Shown here: positions 12,641 through 23,482 of the stretch, piece by piece
How positions within the stretch are numbered: position 1 is the stretch's first letter
Layout of the letters: each line of letters opens with the position of its first letter
Assembly (NCBI GenBank): GCA_028534125.1
Contig: CM052848.1
Span: 12,834,001 to 12,898,000 of the forward strand
From: Lama glama
Taxonomy: Eukaryota
DNA: 64,000 nt
Reading direction: 5' to 3'
Position numbers and translations under genes: made by a program
Notes under the pieces: generated by a model
What the model was told of the DNA's origin: nothing
The model's database searches: none
Seen by the model: the letters and a program-made list of their open reading frames with translations, nothing else

Positions 12641-15600
12641 GTGGGTCCAGGCCGCATCCGCCCTCCCCTTCCCCTCGCAGTCACTCCCAGCGGGGCTGCT
12701 CCTGCCCCAGGCCCCCTCGCCAGCCCTGCAGCTGCCCCTCCGCGGAGCATCGCTCCCCACCACCTCCACAGCCCACCTCTTGTCTGGAGACTCCATTTCG
12801 GTGGGGAGACCTCGTCTGTATCCAGCTCTGCTCTGTGTTTTCCAAATCCATGTTCTTCCTGATCCCGTGGGTATTTACCACCCGGCCGACACTTCTTTGT
12901 GTTTGTTCAGACCAGTCCTGAAACCCCCTTCCCACATCTGCTTTTGGGACTGGTCTGGGAATGACCTGCCCGTGAATGCAGATGCTTTTGTGTGTGTGTG
13001 TGAGTGTGCACGCACGTGTGTGCATGGACATGTGTGGTCAGCCCCACGCATGTTAGTGTGTGTTACCCACGTGTGTGTCTCTGGGGTGATATGTGTACAC
13101 ACACTTGTGTGACAGTCAGAGATAGCACTTGTTTGATTTCTTCTTTCGAGCAGATTCTAAGTTCCCCTGTGTTAGGAGCCATTTCTGAGGAAGGAAGGGT
13201 AGTTTTTAAAGGTCATTAGTCAGTCAGCTGTTTGCCTGTCAGTCAGCGTTTCCCACAGAAACAGTGACCCCGGGAGGGGCTCCCGGCCAGCCTGCGGGAG
13301 GCTGCTTCCTGTCACGGGGATGTGAAACGCAGAGCCGAGTGTGTCTAGGGACGAGGCTCTGGAGTGTGCATTGGGGAATGCTGTTTGATTCACTCAAACA
13401 CGCTTTTTCAGCCCCTGCTGTGCCCCAGAAACACACATCCCCTACAAGAACTCCAGCAGTAGGAATGGAGTCTCTTTTTCTGTCAAGGGTGATGGCTTGT
13501 GACGGGGGGGGGGTGACAAGGGACAGTTTGGGTGGACGGAAGCAGAGGACGAAGGCAAGGGGTGGGGGTGAGGGACCCCTGAGGCTGTGGGAGGGCAGGG
13601 CTGTGTGGGTGACGTGAGGGGCAGCAGGGGGAGAAGGGGGTGGGGGTGTAGGGAGCCTCACAGAGCCCCCCAGTCTCTGAGCCTGTGACAAGGTCAGACC
13701 CCAGAGCACGTTTAAGGGACTCATGGGAACTCGCCTCTTCTTCCTGGAGACCCACAGGTGTTGAAGCGTCCTGACAGCGGGAGAGTTGTAACACAGACGA
13801 GTTAGAACCTAGTTTGGTCCCCTAGTGTCCAATATGGGTATCCGTCCCCAACATAACCTTTTCAGATCTAAGGCTTTTTATTGAAGTGGGTAATTATGGC
13901 CAAGGCCCATCCACCTCCAGTACAAAGAATATTTGTAAAATGTCCAGTCCTGGTGACATGAGCAGCTGGTAAACGCCATTTCCAGGGGGAGTATATGTCC
14001 AGCCCATGGGCCCTAACACTGACCGTGGGGCCACCACACTGGTTCCTAAACTTGACTTCATGGCATTTGAGATTTTCTCCAGTAAAACGATTATCTTAAT
14101 TTTTTCTGCAAAGAAAATGTTTCGTGAAATTAAGTGGGACCAGCAGTCACCAAGTGACATGACTCCAGCCAGGTTATGGACGGGATGGACTGAACGAATG
14201 GACCTGTGGCCAGGCCACCTTCTCCAGCTTGGCCCAGGACACGCCGGGGGTGGGAGTCTTGGTTCACAGCTCAGGCTTCTTTGTTTCTCAGTTTGAATTT
14301 CCCAAATGGGACCTTTTTTCCTATCACAAATGCATAACAGGAAAGACCAGTTTATGGTGAGTGATTTAATGGAAAGACCTTGTACAGAGAGGTTTCTTCC
14401 CTCATTTCCTCCAGTATGGGGTCCTGATTAATCAGGAAGCCGAAACCCGGGAGGGGAGACCAGTTGGGAGCCTTTCCAGCCGTGGAACTCACAGCCACTT
14501 ACTGCAAACCAGTGAGGACTTGACGCACTGCACTTGAAATGAGACCATCAGCTCAGTGTCCAACTGTGAGCTTGCTTTCTTTAAAGCAGCAGAATTCTTT
14601 TCTCCCCCATAGTGAGTCTTCACAGAACTCCAAACAAAACTTAGAACAGTTAACAGCAGGGCTGTTCTTGGCTGAAGTTCACCCTCCTGGTCCCTGCAAG
14701 TGGTGGGTCCCAGACTCCCAGCATTTTGTTAAAACACTACTCATTTGGGGCACTAATATTTCTTATTCTATAGGCCGATTGTATGTTATACCGGTGTCAG
14801 TTGCAGCGTGAAGTTGCCTACAAAGGCAGATACTATTCATGGAAGCTTGATTCCTCCAACTGGATGATTTCTGACTTTTCTTCCTTTTACATCCTAGAGT
14901 TTTATGTTTGGTCACTTCTCCACACTGTGGAAAGAGGCAGCTCCTTGGAGCAAAAGGAGCTCCCGCTCTGGTCATCCTCACCAGGGACACACCCCGGGCC
15001 GTGCAGGGCACTGCCGTAGGGATGGCTTCAAGGGAACTCTCTTCTGAACCTGATTCTGGTTTCAAGGAACCAGTTTCTGGATTCTTCTTCCTAAAATTGA
15101 TAATATTCTTGAATTCACGTTAGCACTCACCCTCCCACTTGCCAGAAGAGAGGGATCTCCCTGCGGTGAGTTCACTGGGACACCAGTCAGAGGAGATTTG
15201 GCGGCCCTAACCCACAAGGCTTCCGTCTTCCCCGCCGTCTGTGCTTTCTTTTGAGACAAGCCTGACTTGGGGCCGTGCTGAGTGCTCTGTGGGCAGGTGT
15301 ACGGCTCATGTAAGAACATGGGCAGACAACTGTCTTTTAGTACTTGGCCGTTTCATCCCCTAATTTCAAAAGGACACAAACTTCCAAAGCAGACAGCGCA
15401 GGGGAGAGAGGTTGTGAAGGGTGAGTGTGTCCCGAGCCCCAGCAGAGCGTCCACAGCAGAGCAGGTGCGAGACTCCAGGCCCTCAGGACAGGCAGCCCCC
15501 GGGTCAGCCAGGCTGGGGGCCACATCAGCGTCCTCGCCCCCACCGCATGCTGCCCGTCGGGATGCCCCTTACCTTTCCTGCCTCCTCCTGACAGCACAGC

Positions 15601-15690
15601 ACACATGCTCACCGCTGGGCTCATCTTCGCTTTGTTTTTTCAGGTCGTGTGTGTCTTTCTCGTTCATTAAATGCAAAGCACTGCTCATTG

Positions 15691-15949
15691 TTTCTTTACT
15701 TTTTCTCATTAAACTTTTCAGTCATGGGCCTCAAAATTCTGACAGGTTTTTGGTCAAGTCATTTCCATTAAAAAGTACTGATTTTAAAAACTAACAACTT
15801 ACACACGCGCACACGGGTCCACAAGGCGTTCGCCTGTCCTGAAGGCTCAGGTGCGTGGCTCTCATTGACCAGCTTTTCAGTATTGACCTTCAGTGACAGT
15901 GGAGACAGTTCTGTCTCCCCTCCCGCTGATCGAGACTGGGTGGCAGGTA
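15691..15949 (-). pseudogene. 5'-truncated processed retrocopy of the EEF1A1 mRNA 3'UTR
   Basis: Reverse complement follows the recalled EEF1A1 3'UTR colinearly (TACCTGCCACCC...TTAGTTTTTAAAATCAGTACTTTTTAATGGAAA...TTGACCAAAAA...AGAATTTTGAG...AATGAG), ending in a decayed A-tail (T-run 15691-15704). Confidence 0.88.
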
Positions 15950-17339
15950 CAAAGTTGATCCTTCTAACTAAATTAATGGAGTTATTTCTGAGCTCTTATA
16001 TTTTATTTCTTTTTAAAGTTACTGCTTAAAAGCTCAATATCAGATTTCTGTGTATGTACATAATATGCATTCAGCAAAGGAGCTTGTCTCCTTGTAAATA
16101 ACTTCTACTTTGGGCTGCATATTACACTGCATTTTGACCAGATATGGAGTGATAACATACTGGTCTATTATATTCTGTTTGTAACTTTAAAAAAGAGATT
16201 CATTAAATGTATTAGAGATCATTCATCTGAATTTAGAAATGAAGTAAGACTTTTTTTCTCACACAAAATAAACCTGCTTTACCTGGAACGCCAGTTTAGC
16301 TCTGGTGGATACTTTTGATAAACTGAATGAGCTGAAGCTGCAGCTCATTTCAAATAATTGAGGAAATTGAATTGACAGCTGGTGCATCATTAAAAATGGG
16401 TTCTGATAGTCAGTGTGTGAGTTTTGACATATAACTTCCAAGGTGCTCGAAGATTCAAGGGAAGACATTACATCATTCCCGTGACTTATTTATGTAAAAA
16501 GGATACAGGCAGCCCCCAAAACAGAAAATAAAGCCTAGGGCTACTGTTGGACCCTGAGTTTTCCAGCAGTAAGTCACCTTTATCTGCAGATGCATGACAT
16601 AATCATGAGGGTAAAGAACATACGCTTTTCACGTAAATAATTAAATAGTGAGTAAGTTTAGCATTTGTAACATATTTATGTTTCCATCACTCATGTACCA
16701 ATCATCACTATCATGATAACTCAGACCAGGAGAAAAAGGACATTAACCTTTAGGGCCTTATGGATTCAGAAATTAAAACAAACTTTAACGTCTCACTAGA
16801 TAATTGCAGAGAAGTATAACAGGGTGATGTGTTAAAGGCATTAGTGTGAAAAGTGCTGTGGTAGCATAAAGCCTCCTGGAAAATGAAATGCAAACAGTTC
16901 AAGGAGAGAAATGAAGGATAAACCTTCCAACTGTTAGAAAAGAATACGTTTATTTTTTAAGGTGCATTTTGGTCTCACTTAAAAACGTTTAAATATAAAA
17001 TATGACAATATTGACTATGGATTTTTTTTTTAATGTGGGAAGGGGTTTGTAAGTTTGTGCACATTTTCTGGGGGAGAGGGGTCTGTACCTGTCCTGGGAT
17101 TCATCAGGGTGGAGCCTGTGAAACAGTAGTCGGGCCCCAAGGTGCAAGGTGTGGGTTTCTGGCGCCCACACGGAGGCATGTGGAAGGGACGAGGGTAGGC
17201 CTGCTCCACAGATTCCGGGAGAGCTGCAGGTTCCGGGCACAGCTCTCAGCTCAGAGACACCCTGCTGCGACTCCGTGGTGTAAGGACATCCCTCCCGTGA
17301 CGATTCCCTGCTGACAGTCGGCGGTGCTTTGTGTTTCAG

Positions 17340-17406
17340 TTTGAAGGGAGGAAGTACTGTGAGCACGACTTTCAGATGCTCTTCGCCCCTTGCTGTCATC
17401 AGTGTG
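17340..17406 (+). CDS. LIMS1: LIMS1 exon 3
   Basis: tttcag|[23 protein letters not shown]|gtaagt. Confidence 0.97.
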
Positions 17407-17568
17407 GTAAGTCCGCTGCGGAGCCCGCAGGACGGTCAGCACAGTGAAGGTGGGGACCTCACTCACTCCCCTGGGCTCCAGCCCCGCCCCAGTGAATAGC
17501 GCCGAGATCCTTCATCAGCCCCCGTCCCCATCACTAACAAACACTGACAGCCTGGAGGAGCGAAGCCC

Positions 17569-18082
17569 CAGAGAACTGACCCCAGGTGGAGAGCTGACCC
17601 CAGGGAGAGAGAGCTGACCCCAGGGAGGGAGAACTGACCCCAGGGAGAGAGAACTGACCCCAGGGAGAGAGAACTGACCCCAGGGAAAGAGAGCTGACCC
17701 CAGGGAGAGAGAGCTGACCCCAGGGAGAGAGAGCTGACCCCAGGGAGAGAGAACTGACCCCAGGGAGAGAGAACTGACCCCAGGGAAAGAGAGCTGACCC
17801 CAGGGAGAGAGAGCTGACCCCAGGAAGAGAGAACTGACCCCAGGAAGAGCACTGACCCCAGGGAGAGAGAACTGACCCCAGGGAGAGAGAACTGACCCCA
17901 GGGAAAGAGAGCTGACCCCAGGGAGACAGAGCTGACCCCAGGGAGAGAGAGCTGACCCCAGGGAGAGAGAACTGACCCCAGGGAGAGAGAGCTGACCCCA
18001 GGGAGAGAGAGCTGACCCCAGGGAGAGAGCTGACTCCCGGGAGAGAGCTGACCCCAGGCAGACAGCTGACTCCAGGGAGAGG
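17569..18082. repeat. 20-bp minisatellite, about 25 copies, GA(G/A)CTGACCCCAGGGAGAGA
   Basis: Directly visible tandem array in LIMS1 intron 3, with shorter degenerate units at the ends. Confidence 0.97.
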
Positions 18083-18502
18083 TGTCTCAGGACTGACAGG
18101 ACGTCTGTTCCATGACCCCCTGGAACAGTCTTTCCCTGTCAATGCCCCAGGCTTAGCGTCAGAGAGATGCCTGCATGTTAACCCGCACCCCCACCTTGGC
18201 CTCCAGAGATGGAGACACCAGGAACAGCACTGAGAAGGTTGGACAAAGGAGCATTTAAGTACACATTACAAGAAAGTGAGTTTCCTTTGTGAGTCGCTGA
18301 GGACGAGAGATCATCCAGCGTCTCGTCTGGGAAAGGCAGGCAGATTCAGGGATGTGGTGAGGCAGCTGCAGAACCAGGACCTGATGGAAGAAAACATTTC
18401 CCAGCGTCGCGCTCCCGCGGCGGGCACAGCGGGGGGGTGCTCGCGAGTCTGCCGTCCCCGAGCGCGCGCGACGGGCTGCATCGTCTGTGTCACTTTCCGC
18501 AG

Positions 18503-18623
18503 GTGAATTCATCATTGGCCGGGTCATCAAAGCCATGAACAACAGCTGGCATCCCGAGTGCTTCCGCTGTGACCTCTGCCAGGAGGTCCTGGCTGACATC
18601 GGCTTTGTCAAGAACGCCGGGAG
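18503..18623 (+). CDS. LIMS1: LIMS1 exon 4 (LIM2)
   Basis: ccgcag|[39 protein letters not shown]|gtaggc. Confidence 0.97.
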
Positions 18624-18644
18624 GTAGGCGTGGTCCCCTGCCAG

Positions 18645-18890
18645 CGGGGCAGGCAGCTCCCAGGTCACCGCGCCCTCCTGGAGTCACTGCGTTCTCCCCA
18701 GGGCTGCAGGCAGCTCTGGGATCACCGCGTCGTCCCAGGACTGTTGGTGGCTGCCGGGTCACTTCGTCCTCCTGGGATCACCGCGTCCTCCTAGGGCCAC
18801 CACGTGCTCCCAGGGCCACCACGTGCTCCCAGGGCTGCGGGCAGCTCTGGGGTCACCGCTTCCTCCCGGGGCTGCGGGCGGGGTTCCTGA
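18645..18890. repeat. Degenerate ~19-bp tandem repeat
   Basis: Units such as CTGGGATCACCGCGTCCTC, (T/C)AGGGCCACCACGTGCTCC x2 and CCAGGGCTGCGGGCAGCTC. Confidence 0.75.
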
Positions 18891-19193
18891 GGCTGTGGCA
18901 CCGGCGCGTCTGGTGCGCGTGCTGGTCTTGGAGGTCCCCACACTCCTGCACAGGGGTGCGCGGCTGCCAAAGGGGGTTTCTTAAGGATCAGCCTGATCAT
19001 CTCGGTTGGAATAAATAACTTGTCATGTAAAAAGTGATGGCTTGATTCTGCTCTTTCAGGCACAGCAGTCATTTTTAAAGAAATGATTTCGTTAATTTCT
19101 TTTCAGAGGTATGGGAAGCATTTTTTTACTTATTAGGAAGAACCTTAGATTTAAATGAAGGGCTCTCATGCAGCTCTGGCTCTGTCTGTACAG

Positions 19194-19343
19194 ACATCTG
19201 TGCCGCCCCTGCCATAACCGGGAGAAAGCCAGAGGCCTGGGGAAGTATGTCTGCCAGAAGTGCCACGCCCTCATCGACGACCAGCCCCTGATTTTCAAGA
19301 ACGACCCCTTCCATCCAGACCACTTCAGCTGCGCCAGCTGCGG
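19194..19343 (+). CDS. LIMS1: LIMS1 exon 5 (LIM2/LIM3)
   Basis: gtacag|[24 protein letters not shown]...[10 protein letters not shown]|gtactg. Confidence 0.96.
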
Positions 19344-20507
19344 GTACTGCCAGGCTCGCCTTTTCTCTCGCACAGGTGGTGGGAATAGAGGGTCAGGTTT
19401 ATCTGCAGTATTTCTGACTTTTAATCAGGAAAACCTTAAACCTGTAGAAGAGTCAAGAGAATGAGTAGAGAGGGTCCCGACACACCCTCCATTCAGTAAC
19501 CTAGTTAGCAGTGTCCACACCTGAATGTGTGTGTGTGTCCCCGAGTGCACGTGCAGGCACCTTCAGTCAGTTCACAGTGGAATATCCCCAGTTACCCCCC
19601 AGACTTCTCCGTCACTAGGTTTTCCAGTACAGGAGGCCCCCCCCAAAAAAACTTAACGGTCTTACCTTTGTTCATACACAACTTTCATGGTTGTAATAGG
19701 TAGAGCTTTATCTTAAATTGCATGTGTTTACTTTTGTTTTATTTACATCTGAAGGGGATTTTTTTTCCTTCAAAAACTCAAGATGAATTTTTAGGCCATG
19801 AGCTTTGGAATTTGTTGTCTGGTGTGAAAATGTAAGGGAAGCAGAGACTCGGCTGGTGTTAACGTGAAGGTCCACACTGTGTTCTGGGGGTGGGGAGGTG
19901 AGGAAGGGCAGGGTTCAGTTTGTGCCTTATCTCATTTTCCTGCCTGCCCTCCCTGCTCACTTTTCACTAGCCCGCCTCCTAAAGAATCTTTTAAAACATG
20001 AAATGCATCTTGTTTGGGGCCGTCTCTGGCTGCCTGCTCGCTCACCCGGAGACTGAAGATAACGGTGCACTTCAGCACTGGAGGAGGAGCAGTCTGGGCC
20101 GGCATTTGTGTATTTTCTGTTAACCTGTAACTGCCCCTGCAGCTTGTCCGCCAGCGCTAGTCAGTGGAACAGCCCTGCAGTCCTCGATTACTTTGTGGAG
20201 AGCTGGTGTCTGCGAGCCCGTGCTCAGCACTGGGACCGCCCTCCGCAGCCCTCTGAAGGGGACGCATGGGCATGACCGGCATGGCGTGTCGCCCGGCCCG
20301 CTGACACGTTTGTCACACGTGTGATACTCGTGTTCTGACCAAACCCCAAAGCCTATGCGAGCCTGTGGGTCAGGCTGCTCTGATCACCTCCGGGGGTAGC
20401 GAGGAAGCCCGGGGCTTGTGGGAGTGGCCCCTCCTGGGGGGCGCTGGCCGCACTGGCTGCCCCTCCCTCTCGGGGTGGTGCTCAGCTGGCGTCTTCCCCG
20501 CGGACAG

Positions 20508-20658
20508 GAAGGAGCTGACCGCTGACGCCCGGGAGCTGAAGGGGGAGCTGTACTGCCTGCCCTGTCACGACAAGATGGGGGTCCCGATCTGCGGCGCCTG
20601 CCGCCGGCCCATCGAGGGGCGCGTGGTCAATGCCATGGGCAAGCAGTGGCACGTGGAG
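20508..20658 (+). CDS. LIMS1: LIMS1 exon 6 (LIM3/LIM4)
   Basis: ggacag|[50 protein letters not shown]|gtgagt. Confidence 0.97.
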
Positions 20659-21064
20659 GTGAGTCCTGTGGCGTCATGCCGCCGTGCCTATGGATGAGCA
20701 AGGTTGGGAGACACTGGAGAGTGAGCGTGGGCGTCTTACTGGCCATCACCTTGGTGGGAAACGAGGACCATAGACTGTGCACTGATCTGTGGTCCCGGCG
20801 ATGACACAGGCAGTACTTTTGTTCCTGGATCCTGGAGGCGAGAGGTGTCGTCGTCCAGTCCAGTAGAGGCCTCCGTGTTCGCTCTGCCCTTGGTCTGCTG
20901 TTCAGCAAGGCCCCCGGGCGCTGGAGTGAGTGCCACAGGGCTGCCTGGGGCCAAACGAGGTCACTGCCTCGGGCTTTTGTTTCTCCTCTGAGGCTTTGGG
21001 GCTTTGCTGCATCAAGTAAATAAGACATGGCAATCTGCAAGTGACTGAATGCACTTTCTTTCAG

Positions 21065-21157
21065 CATTTTGTTTGCGCCAAGTGTGAAAAACCGTTTCTT
21101 GGACATCGCCACTACGAACGGAAGGGCCTGGCGTACTGTGAAACCCACTACAACCAG
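21065..21157 (+). CDS. LIMS1: LIMS1 exon 7 (LIM4)
   Basis: tttcag|[31 protein letters not shown]|gtactg. Confidence 0.97.
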
Positions 21158-21257
21158 GTACTGACTGGGCTCCCGGGACGCGGCGTTTGCCTGCAGGAGT
21201 GTGCGCTTGGCAGCATCGTAGCTGCAGGGAGAGCTCGTGGTCTGTAGAGGTTTGCTG

Positions 21258-21700
21258 TTAACTTTTTATCTGGAAAATCATTCTGGATTCACGGAAAGGT
21301 TGCAAAACAAAAACTCAAAGAAAACCCTGTTATGTTTTACTCAGGTACACTATTTGCACTTCCTGCTGTCTTTGTAAAAACACATGCTTACATAAATGCA
21401 CATTTCATTATATGCAAATTTATGCGTACACAGAAACAAATACATGCATATTTTTTTCTGCAGCGTTTGATGAGAAGTTCATGGTCCTTTGCCCCTAAAT
21501 ACCTCCGGTATATCTCCCGGGAACATGGAGCTCTCATGTGTGCCTGGTTATTGGTGTTGATCACTTTAATCTGCTCATTCCAGTTCTGTCACTTGGCCCA
21601 GTCATGTCCCCTCAGCGTTTCCCCACTCCAGTACCAGACCCAGGCCAGAGTTTTCCTGTTCCCTTAACTTCCCGAAATCTGGGACATTTCCAGAGCCTTT
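21258..21700 (-). mobile_element. Old L1MC-like fragment
   Basis: ttttatctggaaaatcattc...ggttgcaaaa...ctttgcccctaaatacctc, typical antisense L1 3' end. Confidence 0.5.
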
Positions 21701-21920
21701 TTTGGTTCTGAGTCATGATGAACTATTTTCATTGGAAGAAGTAAAAACTCACCCATGAACTTTTACTCATTTCTTCTAGTAATGGTAGATTCTGGATTGA
21801 GTTAGCCAGCTTCTTGTTTTTAAGTGGTACAGGGAGCTGAAATCATAGTAAGTGCTTGCCATTCTGATACTTAGTGGTAACACACCTTTAATTTTTACCA
21901 TTTTTTTCTTCCATTTTCAG

Positions 21921-21969
21921 CTGTTTGGTGATGTTTGCTTCCACTGCAACCGTGTCATAGAAGGTGACG
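21921..21969 (+). CDS. LIMS1: LIMS1 exon 8 (LIM5)
   Basis: tttcag|LFGDVCFHCNRVIEGD G|gtaagg. Confidence 0.96.
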
Positions 21970-23091
21970 GTAAGGCTCTGTTGGGATCTTTATGACACTG
22001 TTTTGACAGACACTCTTGGGTGGTGTGAAAGCTGGAGAAGGTTGTTTGGGGTGTGACCGTTATCAGCCCCTTTTCTCTTCCTTTGGCGTATTTCCACGTG
22101 ATCTCCAGCAGTGAGATGAGGGTGTCCTGGGGGCTGGACTGCTGCCCGGGGCCAATAACACCCAGGCCAGGCCGCAGGGCTGTAGGTCTGCTCCTGTCCC
22201 GTCCCTGGGACTGTATTCCGCAGACAGTGGAGAGCAGAGCTGCTTAGGAGTAGGGGGAAGAGTGACTTGAACCCTGCAGACACCAACACCTGGCAGCTGT
22301 CTGTCGGCGGTTCCAGGACTTGCCACCCTGGACGGTGGACTGACTGGGGCGGGAAGGAAGCAGCTGTGTTCGCCAAAAGTCACCAGCACAGGTGCCAGAA
22401 ACTTTCTGGCAAAGTTCTGAAGGTTCCTGTTTCCAGCCTGCTTCGTGGCTCTCGGCAGACAGCCTGATTCAGGAAACGCTTTCTGAAACACTGGCCACCT
22501 GCAGTTTGCGAGAGGATTAGTTCAGGGGAGCAATCCGAATCCTTAGTGCCTTTGAAAATAAGTCTCAAGTCCCGCCTGCCAGGGGGAGGGAATGGTCGAA
22601 GGAAGCGCTTTCCTCGGTGTCGGCTTGGGAGACAGACTCAGTACATTGTCTGGACTTGGTTTTGTGTTACTTGTCTATTAGCCCATGTCCTTTGCTGGCC
22701 AGTGGTGGGAGGGACAGGCAGTGGGCGAGCGCCTGGGAGTGGAGACCGGGACCTGCCATCTCTGGGCCTCGCGGGATGCTCAGCGGAGGGAGACAGTTAA
22801 CTCCAGATAGAGGCTGGGTACCTTCCTGAGGGGGGCCTCCGGTTGTGGAAGACGGAAGTCGAGTGCGTGGGTCGTATGCCTTTTACTAACGTGAAGGAGT
22901 GGCCTTGATAAGTCGATGCCCAGGGTGGCCGGCTTAGTAAGTAAAGGTGTGTGGTTTCTGGCGCTAACTCTGCTGCGAGGAGGCCCCTTGGGAAGCAGCT
23001 CCCCCGGGGCTGGGGGCCTGCGAGCTGCTGGTGTGGGCTCCCAGCTCAGGTCCCAGCGTCCGTGACCGCCTCTCCCTCCTCCTCCTCCCAG

Positions 23092-23167
23092 TGGTCTCCG
23101 CTCTGAACAAGGCCTGGTGCGTGAACTGCTTCGCCTGCTCCACCTGCAACACTAAATTAACGCTCAA
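23092..23167 (+). CDS. LIMS1: LIMS1 exon 9 (LIM5)
   Basis: tcccag|[24 protein letters not shown]|gtaagt. Confidence 0.96.
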
Positions 23168-23316
23168 GTAAGTCCTGAGACTGGAACTCGGGGGGAACCG
23201 TGTGCACGTGCCCGTGGAGCTGAGGGAGAATGAGTGGTCCTCTCTGCTCCTCCCGCCCCGCCTCCTGCAGGGGAGGTGCTCCCTTTAACTGCTCGCTGTT
23301 CTTTCTTCTGTTCCTT

Positions 23317-23482
23317 NNNNNNNNNNNNNNNNNNNNNNNNNNNNNNNNNNNNNNNNNNNNNNNNNNNNNNNNNNNNNNNNNNNNNNNNNNNNNNNNNNNN
23401 NNNNNNNNNNNNNNNNNNNNNNNNNNNNNNNNNNNNNNNNNNNNNNNNNNNNNNNNNNNNNNNNNNNNNNNNNNNNNNNNNN
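23317..23482. other. Unsequenced gap (166 N)
   Basis: Run of N. Confidence 1.

Noticed and set aside
13627-13653. G-quadruplex-forming motif (also near 28436 and 35704)
   Set aside because: Such motifs are common in GC-rich mammalian introns and L1 tails; nothing here indicates a specific role
16283-16594. Faint resemblance of minus-strand translations to a GPR17-like TM7, carboxypeptidase or cytokine helices
   Set aside because: Only scattered residues match, with multiple stops and no supporting upstream domain; no family can be assigned
17463-18142. 129-aa and 202-aa minus-strand ORFs (LSPWGQ/PGVSSLSLGS repeats), and CRISPR-like regularity
   Set aside because: These are translations of the 20-bp minisatellite; units are contiguous with no unique spacers, and there are no cas genes in this eukaryotic context
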